Source: Naegleria gruberi
Lineage: Eukaryota
Reading direction: 5' to 3' (one strand)
NCBI GenBank assembly: GCA_000004985.1
Contig: GG738917.1
Length of the DNA stretch: 64,000 nucleotides
The translations under genes were made by a program, and so were the position numbers. The notes under the pieces were generated by a model, which was given only the letters and a program-made list of their open reading frames with translations, had not been told where the DNA came from and did no database searches. Every line of letters starts with the position of its first letter. The first letter of the stretch is position 1. Positions 1-11,141 of the stretch are shown here, in pieces.

Positions 1-116
1 CAAACTGCATCTCAAAAGCAGAGGTTGCTGTTCACGAAATTGATCAATTAACCAATCATGGAGAAGAATTAGTTTCCAAACTCCATGCACTTGTAAATGT
101 TGTTGAGAATAAGGAA

Positions 117-764
117 ATGATAATAATGAGTTTTTATGGGGCAATCATTGTAACATTTTTGATTTCCATTCTAATCATTGAAAACTGGATTTCTGTCTTG
201 ATTTCCAATAGCAAATCCAACCAAGCAGACAGAATCACTTTTTTTGAGACTATATTCGATTACATGTTTCTTTCCGTTATTTGTTTTATATTGAGAGTTC
301 TCCAATTGATTCTATTCACAATTGTAACATACTCTAGTTTGGAGAGTTTTAAGAAGACAATTCTCAAAAAGGTTGAAGTTGAAATTAGCCCAAGCACCTC
401 AACAACAAATGGTACCACTTCTCAATTATCTTCCATTGAAATACCAGAGTCTCCTTCCAAGAGCATTCCATCCATTACTCTCACAACTCCTATTCTAGAA
501 CCAACCATTTCAAATGAGAGCACTGATGTAACTCCTGTAGAGAGTCCAATATCTTCATTGGCCAACAATGTTTCTTCCTCAACAAGAACCTCTAAAAGCG
601 ATCTAGCCAATGCAGATGAGCTCTCCTCTACATCATCAACTTGTTCTGCCACAACAATATCAGAAGCTATTAAATCCAATTTGGAAAGTGCTTTACAAAT
701 AGCAAGCTCAATCTCTCATACCACAATAGAAGAGAATCACTCTTCAAACACCAATGCTCTCTAA
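117..764 (+). CDS. hypothetical protein with N-terminal hydrophobic segment and Ser/Thr-rich tail
   Basis: Open frame starting at a verified ATG (117). Two hydrophobic helices are followed by a 150-aa Ser/Thr/Pro-rich low-complexity region. No recognisable domain. Confidence 0.3.
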   Translation: MIIMSFYGAIIVTFLISILIIENWISVLISNSKSNQADRITFFETIFDYMFLSVICFILRVLQLILFTIVTYSSLESFKKTILKKVEVEISPSTSTTNGTTSQLSSIEIPESPSKSIPSITLTTPILEPTISNESTDVTPVESPISSLANNVSSSTRTSKSDLANADELSSTSSTCSATTISEAIKSNLESALQIASSISHTTIEENHSSNTNAL

Positions 765-908
765 CCACATCTTTACTCACTTTCCACAATAAATTAAATT
801 AATATGGTCATTTAATTTCTTCAATTTTTGACAAACTTTACAAAATCCTAAAATCCTGATGAAAAACGCAAAATCATGAACTTGATCTATTTTTAAAAAA
901 CAAAAAAA

Positions 909-2262
909 ATGATGCAACAACACCAACCTCAAGATTCCTTCGGATCAACTTTTGATTTTAGCACAGACAAGGGAAGCTATTCAATTCCAAAGCAAGCCTT
1001 GATCCAATATGTTGAAAAGGCTTTCTTACAAGAGAAAAAGTCCTTCTTGTTGCTTCCAATTCCTTCCTCTCAGGATTTTATTCCCTTCTCCGTGATGGAA
1101 CAAATTGCAAAGGAATCAGAGAGTGTTAGAAAACAAATGGAAATTGTTCTTCAAACTGTGCCAGAGCAGAATGATAGCTTGAGTGATTTTCACTATACTT
1201 TTGGATCATTACCAGATGAACCAAGTGTATCCTATGAAAGTGATCCGAATGCCTATGTTCAAGATTTGGCATTGTTGACCAATGATACACCTGGATTATT
1301 TGTCAATGATATTGATGGTGGAAAATTCCACTTTGTTTCACAACGTCATTATGATGCAGTTGGTGACTTTGTGTGTAAATATGTACAGGAAGAACTTTTG
1401 GTTAAGAGATGTAAATTAGATGAATATTGGTTGCCATTGGATATGAATGCACAAACTCAAAAAGATCAAATGGTTAATATCTTCATGTCAAAGGATGCAT
1501 TGACAAATCCAAACAAACTTATGCTTCTTATACAGGGATCAGGTGCTGTTCGTCCAGGACAATGGGCTAGAGGTATGTCTTTAATTTATTGAATTATTTG
1601 TAATCATTTGGAAAATAACTTGAATTAATACATTGTGTGAAATAGCTCTCTGTATGAATGACACACTCAAGACTGGTACTCAATACAATTATATTGTACA
1701 AGCTATGAAGGAAGGATATGGAGTGATTGTTTTCAATCCAAATCAAAACCATTACGTTCCAAAGGAGTTGGATGATCCAACCAAGTACAACAAGACAGGA
1801 TACATGAATAGAAACAAACCAGAACCATTGCCAAAGAATGTCAAAAAGTCCATTCCACACAATCAATCCCCACCTGAACATACAGTCTATGTGTGGGATC
1901 ATTTCGTTAAGAAGGCAGCAGCTAAGGATGTTGTAATTGTTGCTCACTCTGCTGGAGGTTGGTGCACTATGGAATTATTGAAGGAGAGAACACAGGAATG
2001 CTTGAATAGAGTTAGAGCTATTGCTTTTACTGATTCAGTTCACTCAGTTAATTCATCTGATCCAAAACCTGTTCGTGATTTTGTGGTTGCCAATGCTGTC
2101 AATTGGGTTACCTCTGAAAAGCAATGTGATGTTCTCGTTTCACCAAAGAGACAGGGATCATCATGTGAATGCAGAAGTGCTGGTCACAATAAGCATGAAT
2201 ATACCTCAGAGTTTTGTCGTGAAGCTGCCTTCTCATATATCAATGCTAAATTGGCTCAATAA
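909..2262 (+). CDS. Arb2/FAM172-like alpha/beta-hydrolase-fold protein, 2 exons (909..1572, 1646..2262)
   Basis: Two consecutive ORFs joined by a 73-nt intron (GTATGT donor at 1573, TAG acceptor ending 1645, phase 1 conserved). It has a GxSxG-like motif (AHSAGGW) typical of the FAM172/Arb2 family. Start ATG checked. Confidence 0.45.
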
Positions 2263-2283
2263 ATTTAATAAATTTTAACAATA

Positions 2284-3243
2284 TCAACTCAATTTTTGTA
2301 AATAATTTAAAAAGTATTGAGGATACTTCCATTCATGTGAATTTTCTGAAACTATTGCAATCATCTGATCCAAAACACTAATCATGTGATTATGTTCAGG
2401 ATGATAAATCGAATCCAAATTCAACAAGTAGGCATACATGGCAGTAAAATGTGACAAGACTCCCAAAAAAACTGCAAAATGCCAAATTCCATGACTGAAT
2501 GGAATAATCCCATTTCCATACACCAAAAACAAACATCCTCCACTAAAGAATACTCCACCCAATACTAAACAAATAAACGCCTCAACTGGAAGTGGTTTCA
2601 ATAATCCAGCTGGGACAACTACAAATCCCGACCATCCCATTATATTTAGGAGAAATACATTGTTGAGCTCTCTGATGAGTTTGATTGTCTTGTGGGGGAG
2701 AAACATTTTAATTAGTCCCATTAGACAGAATAACCAAATAAAGACAGCAATGAAACCTCCACTTCCATATTCGTATTCAATTAAGGTTAACCAGGGAGTA
2801 TAACTTGCTGCAATAAAGATATAAATGGTAGCATGATCAAATATTCTAAATTGCATCGACCACTTATCATGTCTTCCTTTCAGAAAACATAAAAGATGAT
2901 AAGTAGACGAAACTCCAAAAAGTAAAACCATTCCAGCTCCATACGAAATTACACACAAGGCCTCTCTCCAACTATTCACAATTTCATCTTCAAATATTTG
3001 TATAGAATAATAAATAAAAAAGAATATCGGAAAGAAATGTGTTAGAAAGTTGACTAATTCTTCACAATTTGAAGGAATGTAATCTGCTCCTTTCCCACTT
3101 TTAGGTCTCGGATTCATAAATATTGAACATAATGGACATGAATATCCATTGTGATGGTGAGTTTTGTGTTGTATTTGATGTTTGTCGTCGTTATCTTTTT
3201 GACAAGATTCAAGGTGGATTTGTTTAGTTTCTAATAGTTTCAT
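2284..3243 (-). CDS. PAQR / hemolysin-III family receptor (adiponectin-receptor-like) 7-TM protein
   Basis: Conserved Hly-III/PAQR motifs are present: STYHL, FDHATIYIFIAASYTP and HGIWHFAVFLGVLSHF, with 7 predicted TM helices. The track ORF begins with GTG at 3303; the first ATG is at 3243 (MKLLETKQ...). Confidence 0.7.
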   Translation of the reverse strand: MKLLETKQIHLESCQKDNDDKHQIQHKTHHHNGYSCPLCSIFMNPRPKSGKGADYIPSNCEELVNFLTHFFPIFFFIYYSIQIFEDEIVNSWREALCVISYGAGMVLLFGVSSTYHLLCFLKGRHDKWSMQFRIFDHATIYIFIAASYTPWLTLIEYEYGSGGFIAVFIWLFCLMGLIKMFLPHKTIKLIRELNNVFLLNIMGWSGFVVVPAGLLKPLPVEAFICLVLGGVFFSGGCLFLVYGNGIIPFSHGIWHFAVFLGVLSHFTAMYAYLLNLDSIYHPEHNHMISVLDQMIAIVSENSHEWKYPQYFLNYLQKLS

Positions 3244-3529
3244 TTTTTTCTTTGAAGGAAAATTGGATAAAAGGATAACATGGATATCGATGAATTTCCA
3301 CACACAAAAGAAAGCACAACAATAAGCATGGTTGAAAAATCGATAAACATTATGAATTGAAAATATTTAAGTTTCCTAAAATTATGTCCTGATTATACCA
3401 TCAGAGGCAATCTCAAAAGGATAGCTCACTCTCCTTTCAAACAATTGAGTTAAATTCGTTAACAGTTGTGTAAATCTCTTTTGTAAATGTGCGGATTCAG
3501 TACATTTGAGGGTTTACAAAATTACAAAT

Positions 3530-5701
3530 TTATTTTACTTGCTTTGCTGTAATTAATTCAACAATCATCTTATTACTTGGAGAATCAATCTTGAATTTGT
3601 TAGCCAACTCTACAAATGCTCCATTGAGATACATAATTTCAGTTTCGTTTTGATTTTCCAAGTCCACTAACATGCTACAACGATTTGAACTAGTCAACTC
3701 ACAAATTTTCATTACCTTTTCATAAACTACTTGCTCAATAGACTTGTCTTTCATTTCTTGAGCTGTAGCCAATGAATCTATTGCTCCAGGAATCATTCTT
3801 AAAATATTGACTTGTTCCTTAATTAGAATTTTCATCAAATTTTGTAAGGCGAGATTTTGTAATAAATTTCCATTTTCAATTTGGTAGAGGGAGGCAAGCG
3901 GATTGATGGTGGAATTGATAATAAGTTTCATCCAATCAACAAACTTTGGTTTTCCATCAATTATTGTCGAATTCAGTATTGAGCCAATTTGGAATTGTGA
4001 ATTATTGGAAAATACATTTCCTAATTTGGTGTCTACAAGTAGTTTTGGAACGCTAATTGATATTTTGTCAGTGTTCGATTGCTCCAATACTCTTCTATCT
4101 TCACTATTAAGAATTGTCTTGACTCCTGAGTATAAATTGATTGGTGACATTGAAACGCCTTCCAAGTTGAGTTTTGAAAGAGAGGTCAAGATATTTTGCT
4201 CATTTCCATATCCATTCTGAACAGTTATAATATGCTTAATCTTTGATAAAGATGGAAGTCCTTCCATCATGTTCTGAATTGCTTGATTAGTGGCATAACT
4301 CTTGACAGCTATAATCAAGACATCAATTTCACCATTCCAAGCATTCTTCAATTCTTCATCACTTATAATATTTACAATAGTATTTCTAATTGATTTAGTT
4401 TCATTTCCTTCCCTTACTTGTGTGGAAATTTCAATATTTTCTTCAAGTTTCGTCTTTTTTCCACTCAGCAATTTCACATCACAATTACTTGATAAACTAG
4501 AAGCAAACAATGAACCAACAGATCCTGAACCAAGAATTAATACCTTTGGTCTTTCGCCTACATTATTATAATCTACACCCAATTGTCCATCTTTCTTTCC
4601 ATCAACATTTGACTTGATTATCTCATTAACTTGATGATTTTTCACATCTTTTTCAATATATTCCGAAACTACACTATATACATCATCCTTAATAATAAAA
4701 GTATGTGATTTGTGTGGAAATTCTCCATTCACAACATCTTTCACATAATTTTCACAAGCATCAATCATGATTGGATTCAAATTCAAATATTGTTTACAAA
4801 ACTTTGGAGTAAACTTTGAATACATTCCCAATAAATCATGATAAACCAACACCTGACCTGAACATTTACCAGATCCAATACCAATTGTTGGAATTCCAAT
4901 GTGTTTCGTAATGAGAGAGGCTAATTTCTGAGGAACGCATTCCAGTACAATTAAGCTAGCTCCAGCTTCCTTAACTGCCAATGCATCTTTCCATAATTGG
5001 ATAGCTTCTGAGCAGTTCTTTGAACCAACCACTCTGAAACCTCCCAATTGATTGCATGATTGTGGGGTTAGGCCAATATGTGCAATGACAACTATTCCAG
5101 CATCGACAATTGACTTGATTTTTGAGGCAACTCTTTCACCTCCTTCAAGTTTGACAGAATTCATTTCTGCTTCCTTAATAAACCTAACAGCATTGTGAAC
5201 TGCAGCGTCATCTGTGACATAGGAACCAAATGGCATGTCACCGATCAAGAATGAATATTGACTTCCTCTCTTGACAGCTTTAGCATGATGAATCATTTCG
5301 TCCATCGTAACGCTAGTTGTGTTTGGTTGACCTAAGGCAGTCATTGACAAGGAATCACCCACCAATATCATATCACAATTTGTTTGGTCAACCACAGAAG
5401 CAGAATGAAAATCAGTTGCTGTGAGCATTGTCAAGGGAATTTGATTTTGATACTTGTAATTGATGCATTGCAAAGTGACAGGTACTAATTCTTGCCTTAT
5501 AGATTCTTTCTCTTGTGAGGATGCCTTATTACTCTTTGGACTTGTGTGCACTGAATAGTTTCGAATAGTCTTCTTTCCATTTATGGTAGACGAAACCCAA
5601 CTCTTTCTTGTGGACTGAACAAGATTCAGCAACGAGAGGACGTCATCCCTTCCCAAACTCTTCCTTACAAGACCACCACCTATTTTTGTAATCATCTTCA
5701 T
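3530..5701 (-). CDS. bifunctional ketopantoate hydroxymethyltransferase (PanB) / ketopantoate reductase (PanE, ApbA) fusion protein
   Basis: The N-terminal half carries the PanB signature MLTATDxxSA...LVGDSLSMTALGQPNTT..VTMDEMIHHAKAV..GDMPFGSY. The C-terminal half carries the PanE Rossmann motif VLILGSGSVGSLF and the C-terminal motif SSMLVDLENQNETEIMYLNGAFV. It is a single uninterrupted ORF. The track start is TTG; the first ATG is at 5701, and the N-terminus looks like a targeting presequence. Confidence 0.8.
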   Translation of the reverse strand: MKMITKIGGGLVRKSLGRDDVLSLLNLVQSTRKSWVSSTINGKKTIRNYSVHTSPKSNKASSQEKESIRQELVPVTLQCINYKYQNQIPLTMLTATDFHSASVVDQTNCDMILVGDSLSMTALGQPNTTSVTMDEMIHHAKAVKRGSQYSFLIGDMPFGSYVTDDAAVHNAVRFIKEAEMNSVKLEGGERVASKIKSIVDAGIVVIAHIGLTPQSCNQLGGFRVVGSKNCSEAIQLWKDALAVKEAGASLIVLECVPQKLASLITKHIGIPTIGIGSGKCSGQVLVYHDLLGMYSKFTPKFCKQYLNLNPIMIDACENYVKDVVNGEFPHKSHTFIIKDDVYSVVSEYIEKDVKNHQVNEIIKSNVDGKKDGQLGVDYNNVGERPKVLILGSGSVGSLFASSLSSNCDVKLLSGKKTKLEENIEISTQVREGNETKSIRNTIVNIISDEELKNAWNGEIDVLIIAVKSYATNQAIQNMMEGLPSLSKIKHIITVQNGYGNEQNILTSLSKLNLEGVSMSPINLYSGVKTILNSEDRRVLEQSNTDKISISVPKLLVDTKLGNVFSNNSQFQIGSILNSTIIDGKPKFVDWMKLIINSTINPLASLYQIENGNLLQNLALQNLMKILIKEQVNILRMIPGAIDSLATAQEMKDKSIEQVVYEKVMKICELTSSNRCSMLVDLENQNETEIMYLNGAFVELANKFKIDSPSNKMIVELITAKQVK

Positions 5702-6245
5702 TTTCTCAATTTTTTTCAATATTGTTTCGGTTGCTGAGAAGTCAAAGACGGAAATTTAAAAACCTTCGAGAGATTAAACTCAAATATCCAGCAACTGTTG
5801 TGAATGATAATAATAATTAACGTCCAACAACCCTCACAGATTGGATATTCTCCGTTAAATTGAAGATTGTTCATTATCACCAACATTTGACTCTAAAATT
5901 AATCTCTTCACTGTTCTTCAACCCTGATTGATATTTGGATCTCTTGCAAAGATTGATAATTTATTTCTTCTTCATGGTGTTGATGAGTTATGTTGTTCTT
6001 ATTTCCATTCTCCGATGGACAAAAAGTTGTTTTTCAGCACAAATATCTTGCACTGTAAATGACGAAGGTTCAAAATTGTAATTTCTTCATTCCTGGAATG
6101 TGTGATTGTAATGTTGAGGTCTGTTACGTATTATTTGAAATTTCCTTCAAATAATTATCCGATTAAGAGACAGTGATTGAGAACTTTAATTTCGCATCAT
6201 TCATTATTCGAAACACAAAAAAACAGTAAAAAAAAATAGAGAGTA

Positions 6246-7313
6246 ATGCAAGTGGCCAAATCATTGCACGAATTTCAAACACTCAGAAAATTATTGGGCA
6301 ATAATGGAAAGGTTGTGAGTTTTGTTCCCACGATGGGAAACCTCCACAGCGGTCATTTACAATTAATGAAAATTGCAAAACAAAACTCGGATGTGGTTGT
6401 AAGCTCTGTTTTTGTAAATCCTGCACAATTTGCAGCAAATGAAGATTTTGATAAGTATCCAAGGACTCTACAATCAGATTTGGAAAAGATGAAGGAAATT
6501 GGTGTGGATTTAGTGTTGGCTCCAGGTGGAACTTCAGAGCTGTATCCACATGGATACATGACACGTGTCTTTATGAGTAAGATATCGACGGATACAGCTC
6601 AGTCACATCCATTGAGGAATAGTTCTGGATCTGTTGGGGAGGAATTGAATCATAATTGGTTGGAGGATCAACCAGAAGCTATTTGTAGAAGTGGTTTCTT
6701 TGATGGAGTTTCTACCATTTTAGTGAAATTGTTTAATATTGTAAGACCACAGGTTATTGTGTTTGGACAGAAAGATGCAGTTCAATGTATGGTTGTAAAG
6801 AGATTGGTTAAGGATTTGAATTATATTGATATTGAAAAGGTGATTATTGGAGAAACTGAAAGAGAATTGGACGGATTGGCCATGTCATCTAGAAATCAAT
6901 ATCTTTCTCCAATTGATAGGAAATATATTGCACCAATTTTGAATAGGATATTATTTGATGCTCAATCATCTTTTAAGAATATTGAAAATGTAAATGCTGA
7001 ATCATTGAGAAAGTGGCTGCAAGATTCATATAATCAATTGGAATTTTCATTTGAGGAAAAGTTGAAAAATCACTATTCGAATGGGTATAATAAGGAAGAT
7101 TACAAGATTGACTATTTGAGTGTGTGTAATTGGAACAATGGTCATGTTTATGGAACCATCTCTACAAATAATATTTATACAGAACCATTTTACAGTATTG
7201 AGAAGGAGAATTTACAAGATTTGACACAGCTCTGTTTATCCACAACTGTCCGAGTTGGAGGAACTCGTTTGTTGGATAATTTAATTATCAATGTTAGGGA
7301 AAATGGGATTTAA
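6246..7313 (+). CDS. panC: pantoate--beta-alanine ligase (pantothenate synthetase, PanC)
   Basis: It has the HIGH-type nucleotidyltransferase motif VPTMGNLHSGHLQLM and panC-like blocks (SVFVNPAQF, VFGQKD, MSSRN) over its whole length. Start ATG verified. It is about 70 aa longer than bacterial PanC because of internal insertions. Confidence 0.85.
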   Translation: MQVAKSLHEFQTLRKLLGNNGKVVSFVPTMGNLHSGHLQLMKIAKQNSDVVVSSVFVNPAQFAANEDFDKYPRTLQSDLEKMKEIGVDLVLAPGGTSELYPHGYMTRVFMSKISTDTAQSHPLRNSSGSVGEELNHNWLEDQPEAICRSGFFDGVSTILVKLFNIVRPQVIVFGQKDAVQCMVVKRLVKDLNYIDIEKVIIGETERELDGLAMSSRNQYLSPIDRKYIAPILNRILFDAQSSFKNIENVNAESLRKWLQDSYNQLEFSFEEKLKNHYSNGYNKEDYKIDYLSVCNWNNGHVYGTISTNNIYTEPFYSIEKENLQDLTQLCLSTTVRVGGTRLLDNLIINVRENGI

Positions 7314-7432
7314 TTGTTGCTGATCTGGTGTGTTTCTCTGATCTTAACCCAATTCATTAATTTCTTATGGAATTTTACCAATGTTGAAATTGATTTAATA
7401 AAATTTAAAAACTACTTGGAATACTGATTTAT

Positions 7433-9508
7433 TTATTCTAAAATATATCCAATAATCGAGAAAATAATAAATAATAATGTGTAAAAAAAGATAGCTTTTG
7501 AGCGCTTTGAACGTTTGTGTGGTTCATCTTTGAGTTCAGGAGTAGAGCAGAATAGTTCCAACATTTTAGAGCTATCCAGTGGATCCTGAGAAAAGTATAA
7601 ATTCCAAATATCTTTGGCTTGTTTCTTGAGGAAATGTTGATTTAACAAGTGATCATTTCTTCCTGTGATAGTCAAGGAAGGAATTCTATATAATTGTTCC
7701 TTAATATTTCTGAAAACGCTATCTCTACACATTTTGGTAGCTTCAGTTTCCTTGAATTCTTCCTCCAAGAAATATGAATAGGCATTGAGTTGACTCATAA
7801 TCTTTTCTTGATCCTCAATATTCTGAATGGTGGCTAATCTTTGGGATCTGTCATGATACAATTTTTTGATACTATCTTGATCAGATGGTTCTTTGTAAAA
7901 GTATTTGAGGAAAACTTTCTCATTTCTAATTGTCATTTCCATAATCTTATCAATAACGAACATCTCCTCTTTGTTGAATTCTATTTCAGAGAAAGAGTCG
8001 TCATCAATGTGATACCTTATTGCTTTGGTTAATTGAATAAACAAGTCTACAACATTCTCAATGCTCATAGTATCGAGTTGGAAACTCTCCTTAATTGAGA
8101 ACTTGGCAAAATCTTCTGATCCTTTTGCAAACTGAAGACAGAAATAGGTACGATCCTCTGCGAAAACCTTGGAGTATGTCATAGTATTCAAGTCCAATCT
8201 ACCAGAGCTGATCAAATCTGCGTTCTTCGATCTGATTTCAATATTGTACAATTGTGCACGGATTTCAAAGAATTTCAAATCAATTTTGAACAAATCCTTG
8301 AAAATATTTCTCAAACCGTCCATAGTCTCTGTTGTTGAGAGTTTTCTGATTGGATCATCCAAAAATGTCTTTCTCAAATATGGAAGATCTGATACAGAAA
8401 GATTAGAATCTCCTAATTCTCGTTGTAATTCCAATAAAGAATCATTTAAAACTATTCTAAAATCAGAAACATCATTTCTATTCATCAAATCATAAAAGTT
8501 GTCATATTTACATTCTTTTGCAAGTGCCTTTTGTGAAGCCAACAAAGATTCAACTTTCTTTTCAATGCCTGATGATAAACTGGTCATTTGAATAGAGTAA
8601 GAAATTCTCCTAACCTCCATGTTTTCATCAAATAATCCCTTAGAAAGATCAAAATACAAATTTCCATGACGTTCGTGTAAAACATGTGCTTGTTGCAACA
8701 TTTCCACCTCACCATTAGTAATTAAAGTTCCAATATAATTATTAGGAATCGAGATTGGCTTCATGTTTTCCAGTTGAAAACGTACAAACTCAGTTCTGAA
8801 TTCTTCTTCTGCTCTTTCTAGTGCCGACCAAAACCATGACTTTTTACTAAATTGGAACCAATCACAACGACTGAGAAGAAAATTAATATTCTTTGTATCC
8901 TTTGTGTCCAATCCCTCGATTCTTTCCTTGATTTTGATAACAAGTTCTGGTAGTAAATGTACATTCAACAAGGAAACAATCTTATTAAACTTTAAAGTAT
9001 AATCCTGTTTGGCACTATTCTCCAATTCATAAATATTCATACTAATCAATTCCAAAATATTCAAACAAATTGATGCAAATTCCTCCTTCTTAATATTTCC
9101 ACTATTACTACCCTCGACAATCTCCCTCAACAAACCAATCAAATCATTCACACTATCAATTTTATACTTTGTATAAATTGCAAGAAATGAAAAATCGATA
9201 CTCGACAAATCTCCTTCAATATAACGTTTAGGAATTTTAAATCCTTTATAATCTATTACTTCATCTCCTTGTTGCTTTACCAAATCTTTAGGTAAATATT
9301 GTTCAACAACAAGCTTTCCTATTGATGGTTTTAAATATCTAATTGTATTACTAGTATTAATAATACTATGATCCGAAGAATAACGTAACTTGGCAAAGGC
9401 TCGTTCTTGATATTGTTGTATTATTGGTATCAACTTGGCTTGATGTTTTCTTTGTGCATTCAATGAAATTTGATGTAACAATGACGAAGGAGGCTTAAAG
9501 GAAAACAT
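7433..9508 (-). CDS. hypothetical tail-anchored protein (C-terminal TM helix)
   Basis: 691-aa open frame with ATG verified. The only feature is a C-terminal hydrophobic helix (AIFFYTLLFIIFSIIGYIL). No confident family assignment. Confidence 0.35.
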   Translation of the reverse strand: MFSFKPPSSLLHQISLNAQRKHQAKLIPIIQQYQERAFAKLRYSSDHSIINTSNTIRYLKPSIGKLVVEQYLPKDLVKQQGDEVIDYKGFKIPKRYIEGDLSSIDFSFLAIYTKYKIDSVNDLIGLLREIVEGSNSGNIKKEEFASICLNILELISMNIYELENSAKQDYTLKFNKIVSLLNVHLLPELVIKIKERIEGLDTKDTKNINFLLSRCDWFQFSKKSWFWSALERAEEEFRTEFVRFQLENMKPISIPNNYIGTLITNGEVEMLQQAHVLHERHGNLYFDLSKGLFDENMEVRRISYSIQMTSLSSGIEKKVESLLASQKALAKECKYDNFYDLMNRNDVSDFRIVLNDSLLELQRELGDSNLSVSDLPYLRKTFLDDPIRKLSTTETMDGLRNIFKDLFKIDLKFFEIRAQLYNIEIRSKNADLISSGRLDLNTMTYSKVFAEDRTYFCLQFAKGSEDFAKFSIKESFQLDTMSIENVVDLFIQLTKAIRYHIDDDSFSEIEFNKEEMFVIDKIMEMTIRNEKVFLKYFYKEPSDQDSIKKLYHDRSQRLATIQNIEDQEKIMSQLNAYSYFLEEEFKETEATKMCRDSVFRNIKEQLYRIPSLTITGRNDHLLNQHFLKKQAKDIWNLYFSQDPLDSSKMLELFCSTPELKDEPHKRSKRSKAIFFYTLLFIIFSIIGYILE

Positions 9509-9849
9509 TTTTTTTTAAATTATTATAATTATGAATGGCTATACTTCTTATTCGCCAACAGGTTTATCTGTATTGAGTTTTGATTTTGATGAATCTTCAT
9601 TCAATAATAATTTATCAAATCATTTCCCCAATATGAAACAATTTCAATTTCAAATTTATTGATGGAAATCAAGCAGAATCAATTCTCACTCAAAATACTA
9701 GCTTTTGAACATGCATGTTGGTTCCAACACTGATAAGTTGAATATGAATACCAGAAGAATTCGAAATAAATTATCACCACATCTTTCAACCTTACATTGA
9801 TTGTTACTGCCCTCCAATAAGCCAAAAAAATTCAAACCCTTAAAAAAAT

Positions 9850-11061
9850 ATGTATGAGCGAAATAAAGCAATGCTTATGCAAATGTTTCAAACAGAGGAA
9901 CAATACACGCAAGTAATCAATCTTCTAGATATCTTTGAAAAGTGGAGTTTGATTGATTTTTCAACTGTCGAAACTATGAGAAAGACGTTTGAAGAAGTGG
10001 ACAAGGACGAAGAGTTTATATTTGATGTTGTTTCAACGAATTGGAAGGTATTTAATCAATGCAAAGACATTCCGATTTCTAAGGATCAATTCATGACCTT
10101 GTCTACCAAGCCTACGAGAATTGCTAGTCTAAGTTGCTTTGGTCGAAAAGGTTGGGAAAGATTATTCAAACAAATTCGAAGATTGAATCCACCTGTTAAG
10201 AAAGAAAACCTTGGATCATTGCAAGCTGATACAATTATAGAAGAAACTAAAGATGAATCATTGACTGATGTTAAACCACCAAAAGAAGAAACATCTTCTT
10301 CAACACAAATATATCAGGCTGGCCCTCATGTAATTAATTACACCCATTCCGACAAAGAAGAAGAAATTTCAGCAGGTGAGCTTCATGAAACAAGGCATAA
10401 TAGAAAATACATTGCCAATTACTTCAAGAAAGAAATGGAGATCTTTTTAGCGAAAAAGATGAGAGGAATGTTAGAGATTTTTCAAGACGAAATTAAGGAT
10501 GATTTAGGTAAGGTCGCCAACAACATTGGCACTTCGTATGAACTGGTCTTTACCCAACATTTAAAAGACAATCATCCAAACTACAAGTTAAACTGTGGTT
10601 ATGGTATGGCTGTCGATTTTACCAAGATCAAAAAACAAGAAAGAGAAAATTGGGAAAAGTTTATGAAAATAATGGTAACAAAGAACTTCCTTACCGAGAA
10701 TGAAATAACATTGTTATCATTAGACACAAACGAAGTAGAATTCAACTTCTTGATGGAAGATACGGTTGCTAATTTTAAAATAATTGATGCCAGTATTTCT
10801 TTATTTCAAAAACAGGCTCAACTATTGAAAAACTTAATACAAATAGAAAGGAAATTGATGGCCTTTAATTTAACAAAAGGATGTGCTTATTTGAAGGAGG
10901 TTTGGTTGTATTCTCCAACCGAGGTCAATATTTCTAGATTGGAAACATGTTGTAAAATAGCAAAACAACATGGATTTACTTTGAAACATGTTGAATCCCA
11001 TGTCAGAGCCAGAACATTTAATACTTCGAAGTATAGAAATAAGATATTGATGGACAATTGA
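9850..11061 (+). CDS. hypothetical protein
   Basis: 403-aa ORF with ATG verified and coding-like composition. No recognisable domain. Confidence 0.3.
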   Translation: MYERNKAMLMQMFQTEEQYTQVINLLDIFEKWSLIDFSTVETMRKTFEEVDKDEEFIFDVVSTNWKVFNQCKDIPISKDQFMTLSTKPTRIASLSCFGRKGWERLFKQIRRLNPPVKKENLGSLQADTIIEETKDESLTDVKPPKEETSSSTQIYQAGPHVINYTHSDKEEEISAGELHETRHNRKYIANYFKKEMEIFLAKKMRGMLEIFQDEIKDDLGKVANNIGTSYELVFTQHLKDNHPNYKLNCGYGMAVDFTKIKKQERENWEKFMKIMVTKNFLTENEITLLSLDTNEVEFNFLMEDTVANFKIIDASISLFQKQAQLLKNLIQIERKLMAFNLTKGCAYLKEVWLYSPTEVNISRLETCCKIAKQHGFTLKHVESHVRARTFNTSKYRNKILMDN

Positions 11062-11141
11062 GTCAAATACTTTCTAATAAACTGATTAAAATTGACCCTC
11101 TCGTTAATTGATGATAAGGAGACATTTGTTATGAATGTGAA

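Noticed and set aside
3903-4571. Plus-strand ORFs 3903..4220 and 4302..4571 inside the PanB-PanE gene, and 6283..6564 minus-strand ORFs inside panC
   Set aside because: They are antisense to strongly conserved enzyme-coding sequence and lack features. Many other short ORFs in the track are treated likewise (1594..1947, 2021..2278, 7841..8495, 12008..12322, 16065..16676, 24703..24936, 26434..26616, 27404..27848, 29061..29570, 33161..34769, 36864..38111, 38387..39233, 46317..47664, 50411..50729, 53152..53367, 54565..54768, 55237..55784, 56547..56732, 60132..60479, 60985..61320, 61966..62172).
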